Assembly (NCBI GenBank): GCA_043809315.1
Contig: JAZDDX010000029.1
Span: 47,250-111,249 of the forward strand
Reading direction: 5' to 3'
Length of the DNA stretch: 64,000 nucleotides
DNA from: Pseudomonadota bacterium
GTDB lineage: Bacteria; Bdellovibrionota_G; JALEGL01; DATDPG01
Position numbers and translations under genes: made by a program. Positions 40,238 through 49,822 of this stretch are shown piece by piece. Below the pieces are notes generated by a model. It searched no databases, was not told the DNA's origin, and saw nothing but the letters and a program-made list of their open reading frames with translations. Position 1 is the first letter of the stretch. Every line of letters starts with the position of its first letter.

Positions 40238-42026
40238 TCGTCTCCAAGAACGGAGAGTCGACGTTCTTTTTTCCGTTGTTCCCGGCGTCACGATGTGGCG
40301 TCGGTTCCCGATCATCGAACCCCCGTTCGGCCCCTCCATGGTCGTCGGTGCACTTCGAAACGCCCGTTTCTCCGTGGAATATGTCGACCTGAACCTCCAG
40401 CTCAACGTCTGGCAGCAGGCCACGATGCTCTTGTCCCCGGACACCGTCCGATTCCTCCAGGATTGGGAGCGCGTGGCCGCGAATCTCGACAAGCTTCCCG
40501 CGGATCTTGATGCTCTTCTCGATCGATTCATCGAGTTCCTCCGGCCCTTGACGTTTCGCCACGCGGCTTTCTCTCTCGATCGAATCACCACCCTCATCGA
40601 GATCTTCGAGGCCGAATATGGTTTCGCGATCGTCTTTGCCGATCGCTTCAAGAGACATTTCAACTGCCCCATCTCCATGGGGGGAACAGCTCTCGGCAAA
40701 GTCGGCCGTCACGAGTTGATCGAAAATCTGGCGACGGCAAAGCGAAAATTCGCGGACTATTTTTTCTTCGGCGAAGGCTCCGTTTCTTTTCCGCTCTTCC
40801 TCCAATCGCTCGACGGAGTCGATCCGACCCTGACTCGGCTAGGCGAGCATCTTCGGACCACTTACTTGACAGCCTATCGATGGAACGACGATTTCACGGC
40901 TACCCCCTTGCACGGGTCGATTGACCCGGTCGACCATACCGAAAGCTCGAACACCCACGACCGGGTCGAACTCGCCATCATCCGGATCCCGCCCTCTTTC
41001 TCGATCGCTAATGCCGAGCACTACGCCGTCCGTTTCGACCGAATCTTCCCCTTCGTTTCCCCCGAGCCCTGGATGGCCCGGCCGATCACGCTGTATCCGT
41101 TCAAGTTCATGCACGGATGCAGCCACCGTTGCGCCTTCTGCAAGGAGGCCAGCTATCGATTCACGGCCCGTCCGCCGGCCGAGGTCGTTGAGGATCTCGC
41201 GCGACTCTACGAGACGGAGGGAATCGATTCGTTCCGTTTCTTCAACGCCCAGATCAACATCTCGAACCGGTACGTCGAGCGTTTCTGCGCCGAAATCCGG
41301 CGGAGAAACCTCAAAATCCTCTTCTCTGATTCTTCGTCCTTGCGGGACCTGTCCCGGGATGCCTGCCAGAATCTTCGCGACGCGGGTTGTATCAAACTCT
41401 GGGTGGGACTCGAGTCCCCCATCCCCCGAATTCTAAAACTGATCAACAAGGACCTCGAGCTTGACGACGCCCTTGTCTCGCTTCGGAACATCCACGAGGC
41501 CGGCATCTGGGTTGGAATGAATTTCATTTTGGGATTTCCGGGTGAATCGGACGCGGAGTTCGAACAGATCTGTCAGTTCATCCGGGATCACGGGGAGACC
41601 ATCGACTGTTGGAACTTCAGTCCTTTGGAGGTCTACACGGGAACTCCGATGCATCGGAATCCCGAGCAATTCGGAATCGTTCTGGAACATGAATACTCCG
41701 GTCTTCGGCGACTCAATGGCCACGCTTTCTCGGAGATCGGAGGACTGGATTGGGAAGCGCGCCTCGCCCAGGTAAAAAAACGCGAGGAGATCTGTGCCGA
41801 CCTCATCCGATCCAGCGTCCACCGTTTTTACGTGAACGACCATCTCGTCTTTTCTCTTTTCCGAGAGTTTGGCGAAAAGCACCGGGTTCGGGAGAGTCTC
41901 CGGCGATATGTGGAGTCTCTCCAAAAGGCGATCCCGTTGAAAGATGCCGGCAAGTGGCTCAGCGCGAAGAAGGTTCTCGATTTCGATCAGGATCGTTTTT
42001 TACGGGCCTTCCAGGGGCCCGCCTAA
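40227..42026 (+). CDS. B12-binding-type radical SAM protein, copy 2
   Basis: RBS ggagg; GCSHRCAFC; full-length similarity to 32146-33969. Confidence 0.85.
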   Translation: MENDRLQERRVDVLFSVVPGVTMWRRFPIIEPPFGPSMVVGALRNARFSVEYVDLNLQLNVWQQATMLLSPDTVRFLQDWERVAANLDKLPADLDALLDRFIEFLRPLTFRHAAFSLDRITTLIEIFEAEYGFAIVFADRFKRHFNCPISMGGTALGKVGRHELIENLATAKRKFADYFFFGEGSVSFPLFLQSLDGVDPTLTRLGEHLRTTYLTAYRWNDDFTATPLHGSIDPVDHTESSNTHDRVELAIIRIPPSFSIANAEHYAVRFDRIFPFVSPEPWMARPITLYPFKFMHGCSHRCAFCKEASYRFTARPPAEVVEDLARLYETEGIDSFRFFNAQINISNRYVERFCAEIRRRNLKILFSDSSSLRDLSRDACQNLRDAGCIKLWVGLESPIPRILKLINKDLELDDALVSLRNIHEAGIWVGMNFILGFPGESDAEFEQICQFIRDHGETIDCWNFSPLEVYTGTPMHRNPEQFGIVLEHEYSGLRRLNGHAFSEIGGLDWEARLAQVKKREEICADLIRSSVHRFYVNDHLVFSLFREFGEKHRVRESLRRYVESLQKAIPLKDAGKWLSAKKVLDFDQDRFLRAFQGPA

Positions 42027-43333
42027 CGCGCGCCGTTTAAGGCACGAAGCAGCGGATCCTTGACGGTCGCATCCTTCAGCCAACCGTCGACCAACGAGTA
42101 GATCATGATCCCGCCCAACCCTTTGGTTTTGATCCAGTTGATCTTCTCGATGATGCTCTGCTCGTTTTCATACGTGAAATAGAACTTCTCCCCGGCTGGC
42201 ACGGTCTGCCAGTACGTGGAGATCTGTGACGTCGCCGTTCCGGCGACCCACGGAACCTTCGCCGTGTCGTCCCAGTGTTCGACCCCACCCCTGGTCAGAG
42301 CGTTCAGAACTTCTTGATACGTGGCCCAGTGGTTTCCGTACCGATTCCCGACCCGCGTCTGCCCCGGCGCATCGTTCCCGATCCAGAGCTTCGCGTAGAA
42401 CGGGATCCCCGGAGCGATGATCGAGGCTTTCATCCCGGCTTGGACGAACATCCCGGGTCCATCGACCTCCGCCATATCCATCGGATAAACGTTCCGGGTC
42501 GAGATCCCGTCGTAGTTGTGCTGGTACTTGTACAGGTTCGGGTAGAGCGTTTGGTCCGGTTGGTGTAGCGGCGCATTGAAGCCGATCGTTTTCGTCTCCG
42601 GGTACGCCGTCGCGTTCCAGCCGCTCTCGACGTCGTCCATGTCGTACATCATGATGTTGAACTGATCGACCGTCCGATTGATCGTCTCGACATCGTACCG
42701 ACCGCAGCAGCTGTTCATCGCCGCAACCACCAGATCGCCGCGAGGGGTGCGGTCCGTCCAGGCATCCAGCTGCGTCCGGAACTTCGTGATGATGGCGTTG
42801 AACGCCTCCGCGCTGACCGGAGGCTCCCAGTCGATCTCGATCCCGTCGTACCCGATACTCTTGGCATACCGGGAGGCTTCGTTGACGAACTTGTCGAGAC
42901 TTTGCGGGTCGCTGGCCGGAAGGACGATTCCATTGCAATTCACCGTGTTGGTATTGTTGGTCACCACGGCGCACATTGTGTTCGACCCGCTTCCCCAGAC
43001 ACCGCCGACGCTCAAGACAACCCGAACCCCGGCGGCATGAGCGCGCGTGATCAGGTCGGCTTGCTGGCCCCGGTAGTCCATCTCCGACGTGTCGATGTAG
43101 TTTTTTGCCGGATCGGTCAATGGTGTGGCGCAAAAATGTACGAGGTGTGTCAGCCCCTCATAGTTCATCGCGGACGGCGGCATCGTATCGGCCGACCAGG
43201 TGGCGTAGTACGCGTTGACGAAGATGGAGGCTCCGGGCCCAGGAGTCGGAGTCCCCCCCGCGCCGGTTCCCGTTCCGTCACACCCCGCGGCAAGAGCCAG
43301 AACCGTTACGATGCTGAGCCAATTGTCTTTCAT
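42023..43333 (-). CDS. GH18 chitinase-like lipoprotein
   Basis: Lipobox [37 protein letters not shown]. Confidence 0.88.
   Translation of the reverse strand: MKDNWLSIVTVLALAAGCDGTGTGAGGTPTPGPGASIFVNAYYATWSADTMPPSAMNYEGLTHLVHFCATPLTDPAKNYIDTSEMDYRGQQADLITRAHAAGVRVVLSVGGVWGSGSNTMCAVVTNNTNTVNCNGIVLPASDPQSLDKFVNEASRYAKSIGYDGIEIDWEPPVSAEAFNAIITKFRTQLDAWTDRTPRGDLVVAAMNSCCGRYDVETINRTVDQFNIMMYDMDDVESGWNATAYPETKTIGFNAPLHQPDQTLYPNLYKYQHNYDGISTRNVYPMDMAEVDGPGMFVQAGMKASIIAPGIPFYAKLWIGNDAPGQTRVGNRYGNHWATYQEVLNALTRGGVEHWDDTAKVPWVAGTATSQISTYWQTVPAGEKFYFTYENEQSIIEKINWIKTKGLGGIMIYSLVDGWLKDATVKDPLLRALNGAR
42042..43225. repeat. Direct repeat copy 1 (GH18 domain)
   Basis: Matches 44631-45814 at offset 2589 at both ends. 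Confidence 0.85.
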
Positions 43334-44520
43334 GGGATCGAGACGGCCGACGAATGCGCGTTCCCCCAAGCGGTGAACGTCGTCCAATTGATATTACTGT
43401 TGATATACGCCCACGGCCAGATTCCGGCGTACCCGTTGCTCAGAAGCGTGTCGTACTGCCCCGAGGTCAGGCTCGGAGACTCGCCGACGACCATGGGGTG
43501 GTCCAGGCCGAGGTCGCTGTATTTCTGCTTGAACGGAGATACGCAGACTGTCCCGAGCTGCGGATCGTTGGTCAGACAATGGGGATCCATCCAGGAGTAA
43601 TAATGGGTTTGGTAGAAATCGAGATTGAGTCGGGGGAACCCCTTTTGATCCGCGTACGCGTTGGTCCAAACCTTGTACCATTTCAATGCAGCGGAACCGA
43701 TCGTCACGTAGGCGTTCGTGTTGACGTGAACGGCGGTGCTGATTTGGGAAGCGACATTGAAGAACTGAGCCATCGTGATCGGAATCGAACCCCCATCGAC
43801 GTTTGTACCCTCTTCGCCGGCCGGCATCGGAAGGTTGCTGATAACCCATTCCGGTTCGTTCATGATCTCCCAGGCGAGAATCGTCGACTCGTTCGGATAT
43901 TGTTGGAGAATCGGCGTGATGACGTTGTTCATGAGAGCCGTGCTCTTCGCGGCATCGGTAAATATGTTGGTATGACCACCGGCATGGGCCGTGCTCTTGG
44001 GTTTATAGAGAAATTGGAAATCGAAGAAGGTCAGGACCAGATAGATCTTGGCGGCCTTGGCAATTTGAATCCCCTTTTCCATGTTTTGGAAGAACGTGGA
44101 AGAGAGACCGGTCGGCGTGCCGTTGGCGTCGTATTGAATCCCCGCCCAGCCGTCACAGAAGATCCACCAACGGGCGACATGGACCTGCTTGCTCTTCATG
44201 TCATTGAAGTCCGCCGTGATCGCGGAGACGTTCGAGTTGATATATCCGGCGAAATCACCCCCGTACTGTTTCCAGGGGTAGTTCACACCCAGGAGATAAT
44301 AGTCCCCTCCGTTCACCCGGATCGTCGACCCGGGGGGCACGCCGACCGGCGGACCTCCGGGAGTCGGTGTCGCCGTCGATGCAGCGGTTGGCGTGACGGT
44401 CGGGGTGGCGGTGTCCCCTGCCTGTTGATCGTCGTTCCGGTCGACAACGATCGGGGAATCCCCGCAGGCTGAAACCGCGAGCATCGCGATAAAGAGGTAC
44501 CCTGAGAAAGGTCTTGCCAC
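43330..44520 (-). CDS. GH5-type glycoside hydrolase lipoprotein (GH5_10 mannanase-like)
   Basis: Lipobox VSAC, Thr/Pro linker; GVNYPW..YGGDF, WEIMNEPE, LDFYQTHYY, MVVGE. Confidence 0.8.
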   Translation of the reverse strand: MARPFSGYLFIAMLAVSACGDSPIVVDRNDDQQAGDTATPTVTPTAASTATPTPGGPPVGVPPGSTIRVNGGDYYLLGVNYPWKQYGGDFAGYINSNVSAITADFNDMKSKQVHVARWWIFCDGWAGIQYDANGTPTGLSSTFFQNMEKGIQIAKAAKIYLVLTFFDFQFLYKPKSTAHAGGHTNIFTDAAKSTALMNNVITPILQQYPNESTILAWEIMNEPEWVISNLPMPAGEEGTNVDGGSIPITMAQFFNVASQISTAVHVNTNAYVTIGSAALKWYKVWTNAYADQKGFPRLNLDFYQTHYYSWMDPHCLTNDPQLGTVCVSPFKQKYSDLGLDHPMVVGESPSLTSGQYDTLLSNGYAGIWPWAYINSNINWTTFTAWGNAHSSAVSIP

Positions 44521-44533
44521 AGCAATGGGTATC

Positions 44534-44548
44534 GCAAAGGACGTGCCG
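44534..44548 (-). promoter_or_regulatory. Putative sigma54 promoter
   Basis: CGGCAC-gtcct-TTGC just upstream of the GH5 gene. Confidence 0.6.
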
Positions 44549-44611
44549 ATTCTTATCCCTGTTGTTTCAGCACGTTACGGCCGCGCTGGATCCGCCAACT
44601 ACGAAATAAAG

Positions 44612-46642
44612 TCAGCGCGCGCTGTTGAGAGCACGGAGCAGCGGATCTTTGATCGCCGCGTTCGGCAACCAGCCGTCGACGAGGGAGTAGATCATGATCC
44701 CACCCAATCCCTTGGTTTTGATCCAGTTGATCTTTTCGATGATGCTCTGCTCGTTCTCGTAGGTGAAATAGAACTTCTGTCCGGCTGAAACGGTTTGCCA
44801 GTAGGTCGAGACGGTGGTTGTCGCCGTTCCCCCGACCCACGGCACCTTCGCGGTATCGTCCCAGTGCACCACTCCACCTTTGGTCAGGGAGTTCAAAACT
44901 TCCTGATACGTGGCCCAGTGATTTCCGTATCGGTTTCCGACCCTCGGTTGCCCGGGGGCGTCGTTCCCGATCCAGAGCTTCGCGTAGAACGGGATCCCCG
45001 GAGCGATGATCGACGGGTTCATCCCGGCTTGGACGAACATCCCGGGGCCGTCGACCTCGGCGATATCCATCGGCCAAACGTTCCGGGTCGTGATCCCATC
45101 GTAGTTGTGTTGGTACTTGTAAAGATTCGGGTAGAGCGACTGATTTGGTTGATGGAGAGGGGCATTGAAGCCGATCGTCACCGTCTCCGGATACGCCGTT
45201 GGGTTCCAGCCGCTCTCGATGTCATCCATGTCGTACATCATGATGTTGAACTGATCGACCGTCTGGTTGATCGTCGCGACATCGTATCGGCTGCAGCAGC
45301 TGTTCATCGCCGCAACCACCAGATCCCCTCTCGGCGTGCGCGTCGTCCAGCTGTTCAACCGGACCCTAAACTTCGTGATGATGCTGTTGAACGCGGCCGC
45401 GCTCCACGGAGGCTCCCAATCGATCTCGATCCCGTCATACCCAACATTCTTGGCGTAGGTGGAGGCTTTGTTCACGAACTTGTCGAGACTTAAGGGATCG
45501 CTCGCCGGGAGAACGACGCCATTGCAGTTCGCCGTATTGGTGTTGTTGGTCACGATTGCGCACATCGTGTTGGCGCCCGGCCCCCAAATTCCGCCTACAC
45601 TCAAAACCACGCGAACGTTCGCTGCGTGCGCCAGCGTCAGGAGCTGTGACTGTTGTCCCCGGTAGTCCATTCCGGTGACGTCGATGTAGTCGATTGCCGG
45701 ATCGGTCGTCGGATCGGCCGCGAAGTGAACCAGGTGCGTGAGCCCCTGATAATTCATCGCGGACGGCGGCATCGTATCGGCCGACCAGGTGGCGTAGTAC
45801 GCGTTGACGAAGATCGACGATGTTCCGCCGGGAGTGGGCGTCACGGTTGGCGTGGCCGTGGCGGTCGGAGTCGGGGTAACCGTCGGTGTCCGTGTCGGAG
45901 TTGCCGTTGCGGTCGGCGTGGGGGTCGGTGTGGCTGTCGATCCGGCGGGAGCGGTCGGTGTGGCCGTAGCGGTTGGGGTCGGTGTGGCGGTCGCGGTCGG
46001 ATTTGCGCCCGAGGCCACGAGACGAACGTTGTCCACATAGAACGTGCCGGAAGCGGTGTTCGTCAAGATCGCGAGACGATTGAACTGCGCGGAACCCGGA
46101 TTGAGCGTCGTCATGGGAATGGAAATCTTCTGCCATGAATCCTTCGTCGGATACCCTTGGTCGACCTGTTTGATCAGTGTCGCCCCGTTATAGATGTCGA
46201 CCAGAATCTGCTGTGAAACCGACGCGACCCGAATCTGAAACTCGAACGCCGAGTAGAGGGACGGGTCCAGTAGAGATGCCTTCTGAAGAGCCAGGGCCCC
46301 CCAACTGGCGGAAGAGACGAACTTGATCGAGGAACTCCCCTGATAGATCTGCTCTACGCTGCCGAGGCCGATCGACGAAACGGACCAGGAGGTGGTGGTA
46401 TTAAAGCCGGACGCCAGACTGTCTCCGTAGATCAGAAGATCCTGATTCGAAGGAAGCGGAGTCGGCGTGGCCGTGGCGGTCGGGGTCGACGTGGGATTCT
46501 CGTTCGGTCGCGGCGTGCGCTTGTGGCGCAGATCGTTCGGGTCGGTCGTCGCAATCGTATCCGGATTCGCTCCGGTAATTTGAGAATCTCCACAGGCAGC
46601 TAACGAGAGGAGAAGGGCAGCGGTATACCAAAGACGGTTCAT
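44612..46642 (-). CDS. GH18 lipoprotein with CBM-like domain and long Thr/Pro linkers
   Basis: Lipobox LAAC; beta-sandwich segment ([16 protein letters not shown]); TPTATAT repeats; DGIEIDWE. Confidence 0.88.
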   Translation of the reverse strand: MNRLWYTAALLLSLAACGDSQITGANPDTIATTDPNDLRHKRTPRPNENPTSTPTATATPTPLPSNQDLLIYGDSLASGFNTTTSWSVSSIGLGSVEQIYQGSSSIKFVSSASWGALALQKASLLDPSLYSAFEFQIRVASVSQQILVDIYNGATLIKQVDQGYPTKDSWQKISIPMTTLNPGSAQFNRLAILTNTASGTFYVDNVRLVASGANPTATATPTPTATATPTAPAGSTATPTPTPTATATPTRTPTVTPTPTATATPTVTPTPGGTSSIFVNAYYATWSADTMPPSAMNYQGLTHLVHFAADPTTDPAIDYIDVTGMDYRGQQSQLLTLAHAANVRVVLSVGGIWGPGANTMCAIVTNNTNTANCNGVVLPASDPLSLDKFVNKASTYAKNVGYDGIEIDWEPPWSAAAFNSIITKFRVRLNSWTTRTPRGDLVVAAMNSCCSRYDVATINQTVDQFNIMMYDMDDIESGWNPTAYPETVTIGFNAPLHQPNQSLYPNLYKYQHNYDGITTRNVWPMDIAEVDGPGMFVQAGMNPSIIAPGIPFYAKLWIGNDAPGQPRVGNRYGNHWATYQEVLNSLTKGGVVHWDDTAKVPWVGGTATTTVSTYWQTVSAGQKFYFTYENEQSIIEKINWIKTKGLGGIMIYSLVDGWLPNAAIKDPLLRALNSAR
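44631..45814. repeat. Direct repeat copy 2 (GH18 domain)
   Basis: Matches 42042-43225. Confidence 0.85.
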
Positions 46643-46655
46643 ACCCCCCAACAAA

Positions 46656-46670
46656 GCAAGTAGCGTTCCA
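46656..46670 (-). promoter_or_regulatory. Putative sigma54 promoter
   Basis: TGGAAC-gctac-TTGC, 14 bp before ATG 46642. Confidence 0.55.
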
Positions 46671-46800
46671 GCGACACTCGCCAGTTAAAATGCATATATA
46701 TTAGCTTGTTAACGGCCGCGTCGACTCTTGTCGCTGCGCATAAAAGTCATAGAAAGGGCTTCGAGGTCGCAGTTATTTCATGACAACCAGGACTTGCGGA

Positions 46801-48097
46801 TTACGACTTGGCCTTCATTCGGGCGCCGTGATCCTTGAGAAGGCCGGTGATCGTCGTGTCGCGCGTCGAGCAGATGTTCCCCCCCGATTCGCTGCATTTC
46901 GTGGCCGCGGTGAACTGCCAGACGAGATCGGCGCCGATCGAGGCGTTTCCCTCGATCGTGCTCCACCAGGTCGTGTAAACGTCGTTCTTGAACGTGCTGT
47001 CGGCGGTCCATCCGTCGTTCCAACCCGACCCGTACTCCCCGACGATCATCGGTTTTACGGCCGCAGCGGCGATCGCCGCGTGATCCGTAATGTAGGTGCT
47101 TCCATCGGCCGCCCAGACCCCCACCGGGTTGAAACCGAAGACGTCGGGGTAAACGTGCATCCCGGCAAAATCGATCTCCGGAATCGCCGTGTTGGCGATG
47201 TAACTCGTCCCCTCGCCGGCCCGCATGAAGTACGTATTGCTGTACGTCGTGGCATAAGCCGACGGGCTTCCCTCATCAAATCCTTCTTCTCCCGTTGCGA
47301 CCATGTGATTTGTGTCGATCGACTTGAGGTACTTCGCCATCTCTTGATACCAATCCCGAAGGATCGACTCGTTCGCGCCGGGATTGCGCGCTTCGTTCAT
47401 CAGTTCCCAAGAAAAGATCACCGGTTCGTCTTTGTACGCCACCCCCGTGGCCGTGTTCACGCGATTCGCCAACATCGAGAGATACGCCTTGTACCAAGTT
47501 TTGATCTGCGCGCTCGTGAAGAAGTGGTTCGCCTCGGCGGCGGTCGGGTTATGCCCCCCCGCTCCCGCGAACCCGTCCCACTTCACGTACTGGCAGACCC
47601 CGCCGAGCTCCTGCCAGTAGTTGGCGGCGGTCAGGATCACGTAGAGGCCGCGATCCTTGATCTTCTTGACCACCTGATCGAGGTACGTGAGCGCTGTCTC
47701 GTCGTAAACTTCGGCCGCGGTCTGGATGACCGGTTCCCCGGCGAGCGTCCCGCAATCCGATCCGTCGTAGAACGCCCAGATCCGGATGACCCGGACATCG
47801 TTAGCGGCAAAAAGATCCAGGGCGGTGTCGACGACGTTGGAATTCAGTTTTTGATAGACCTGAAGATAGTAGGCGTTCGTCCCCGCGGAGTAGAAGTTCG
47901 CCCCGCTCACGCGGAACTTTCCCTCGGAGGCACGCATAATCGGAGGCACGCATAAAAGGACTTGAGTCGGACGGCGTGGCGGTCGGCGTTGCCCCCGTAC
48001 CGTTCGACGAACTACACCCCGCGATCAGGGCCGAGACAGTCAGAATTCCGAGCCATCGTCCCTTCCTATTCCGGTCCACCGAAGAGAAGAATACCAT
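46801..48097 (-). pseudogene. GH5_7-like beta-mannanase lipoprotein frameshifted by a 16-bp tandem duplication
   Basis: Catalytic ORF (GTNAYY, RIWAF, WELMNEAR, TGEEGF, MHVYPD, IVGEYG) is out of frame with the upstream lipobox leader (ALIAGC) because of (tcggaggcacgcataa)x2 at 47924-47955. Confidence 0.8.
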
Positions 48098-48179
48098 GTG
48101 CAGGTGCTTCCGGCTCGCAGTGAGACGTGAATGTCTCCCCGCTCCGACCGGTAAATGCCTGAATCTAAAGCCACAAGTC

Positions 48180-48194
48180 TGGCACGTGGCGTGC
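48180..48194 (+). promoter_or_regulatory. Putative sigma54 promoter
   Basis: TGGCAC-gtggc-GTGC, 16 bp before ATG 48210. Confidence 0.5.
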
Positions 48195-48209
48195 AGCTTT
48201 CTCGGGAAT

Positions 48210-49070
48210 ATGGGGTGGACCCGTCTGGCCACGGTTTGCGCGCTCTTCGCCTTCCTCGTTCCGTTGCGAAGCGAGGGGGGCGCGATCGGGCGCTGCCTTT
48301 GCCACGCGACTCCCGACAAGGAGGTTCTCCCTAACGGTTTCAAAGGATTGACGGTCGATGCTCCTCTCGTCCACGAGATCGGGGAGAAGACCGTCGATTT
48401 CTATGGCATGGAGAGGAAGATCCAGATCGACCGCATCGTCTATTCGGACACCTACCCCTTCCCGTCGATGGATCTCTGCTTGGCCACCATGCCGGGAATG
48501 TGCGACCAGCAGTGTACCGTCGGAATCACCGGAAAGATTTTCGCAAAGGCGTCCCCCGAACTGACCGCCTGTCGGGACGACCCCTTGAGCTGCATGAAGA
48601 TCATGTCGTCTCACATGTGCTTGAGCACCCCCGACGAACCGACCCAACATATGGTGCCGTGGTCGATTGGCAAGGAGGTCACGCGGGAGCTGTACGAGAA
48701 ATACCGGAAGATTCAGTTCTCATTCCCCACCGTCCGGATCCCCTGGGCGCAGCTCGAAAAGTCGTTCGAAGAATCGGTAGTAGGAAGCATCGTCCTCGGA
48801 GCAGCTCTCTACCTCGGAAATTTTGTGAAGAGTTGTCTTGCGGGAGGATTTCTCGTCTTCCCGACACCAATGTTCGAAGAGTTCAAACGGAACCTGGAAC
48901 AGAAGCCGGTCGATGCATGTAATTCGCCCCCGAAAATAGTCGGTCCGGATGATGTCACGTGTCGGCCGACGGAGCGGGCTGAGGAATATCTCTGCGATCT
49001 CCCCCACGACGGAAGGTACCTCATCCGAACGCTCGACGAGGGGGTCGAAATTCTGAGGATCCGCTCCTAG
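48210..49070 (+). CDS. Cys-rich secreted hypothetical protein
   Basis: Signal-like N-terminus, many Cys, one internal hydrophobic helix. Confidence 0.55.
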   Translation: MGWTRLATVCALFAFLVPLRSEGGAIGRCLCHATPDKEVLPNGFKGLTVDAPLVHEIGEKTVDFYGMERKIQIDRIVYSDTYPFPSMDLCLATMPGMCDQQCTVGITGKIFAKASPELTACRDDPLSCMKIMSSHMCLSTPDEPTQHMVPWSIGKEVTRELYEKYRKIQFSFPTVRIPWAQLEKSFEESVVGSIVLGAALYLGNFVKSCLAGGFLVFPTPMFEEFKRNLEQKPVDACNSPPKIVGPDDVTCRPTERAEEYLCDLPHDGRYLIRTLDEGVEILRIRS

Positions 49071-49115
49071 GAGCTAGGCGACAAGTTGGGCGATAGTATC
49101 AAATGATACTATCAC

Positions 49116-49583
49116 TCAGAGTTTCTTCTTCGGCCGGAGAAGAACTTCCAGATCAGCAAGATCCTGCAGTCGTCCAGTCTGTTTCGAAAGGATCAGATCG
49201 TCGAATCCGACGAACGGAAGTCGTACTCCCAAGTACGTCTTGGCTCTTTTCCCTTTATTCGCTTTCTCAAAATTGATTTTCCCCGCCACCATGAGGATGT
49301 CGACCCGCGGATCATCTCCGACGATGGTAAAAGGTTTGGACATCAATTCTTCAACATCCATCTCCTTTGCAATGCCGTAAGGAAGTTCGGAGAGCGCCGA
49401 CAACAATTTCGCCATATTTGCGCGTTCCTTCGGTACCAGGATGTCGATATCTTTCGTTGATCGGAGTGTGCCATGTAAGTTGGCCGCCACGCCACCCACC
49501 AACAGGTACTTGACCCTGTGGTCGTTCAAGAGCTTGCAGAGCCGAAGAACGCGGTTATCTGTACCAGGGGTTTTTTTGGACAC
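49116..49583 (-). CDS. Nucleotidyltransferase (Pol-beta superfamily, AbiEii/DUF6036-like)
   Basis: YLLVGGVAANLHG..RSTKDIDI; LILSKQTGRLQDLADL. Confidence 0.85.
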   Translation of the reverse strand: MSKKTPGTDNRVLRLCKLLNDHRVKYLLVGGVAANLHGTLRSTKDIDILVPKERANMAKLLSALSELPYGIAKEMDVEELMSKPFTIVGDDPRVDILMVAGKINFEKANKGKRAKTYLGVRLPFVGFDDLILSKQTGRLQDLADLEVLLRPKKKL

Positions 49584-49731
49584 GCCGCCACCGCTCGTAC
49601 GCGTAAAACGAATGAAACGATTTTACAAACGGGTGAAATGGATAGGGGTTCAGTTCCCGCGCTTCCCGGAATAATTTTTCGGCTTCCAGAAGGCGTACAA
49701 TCGCGGGATCTGTCTTTCGTTTCCCCTTCAC
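49555..49731 (-). CDS. 58-aa partner ORF absent from the ORF track
   Basis: Hand translation from GTG: MKGKRKTDPAIVRLL...VKSFHSFYAYERWRRVQKNPWYR; overlaps the NTase start. Confidence 0.55.
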   Translation of the reverse strand: MKGKRKTDPAIVRLLEAEKLFREARELNPYPFHPFVKSFHSFYAYERWRRVQKNPWYR

Positions 49732-49822
49732 CCCTTAAATCATAACACAGGACCCGCAGGCGAACGAACCCAAGTCGATCCTTGCAAGAGCTGTTGTTTC
49801 GGCGTACTCCGAATCCTCTTAG

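Noticed and set aside
45830-46010. Repetitive gtcggtgtggc-type DNA
   Set aside because: Encodes the Thr/Pro/Ala linker of the GH18 protein; not a CRISPR array or regulatory repeat
47801-48343. 180-aa minus-strand ORF as an independent gene
   Set aside because: Only its lipobox segment looks real; it is the displaced N-terminus of the frameshifted GH5 gene
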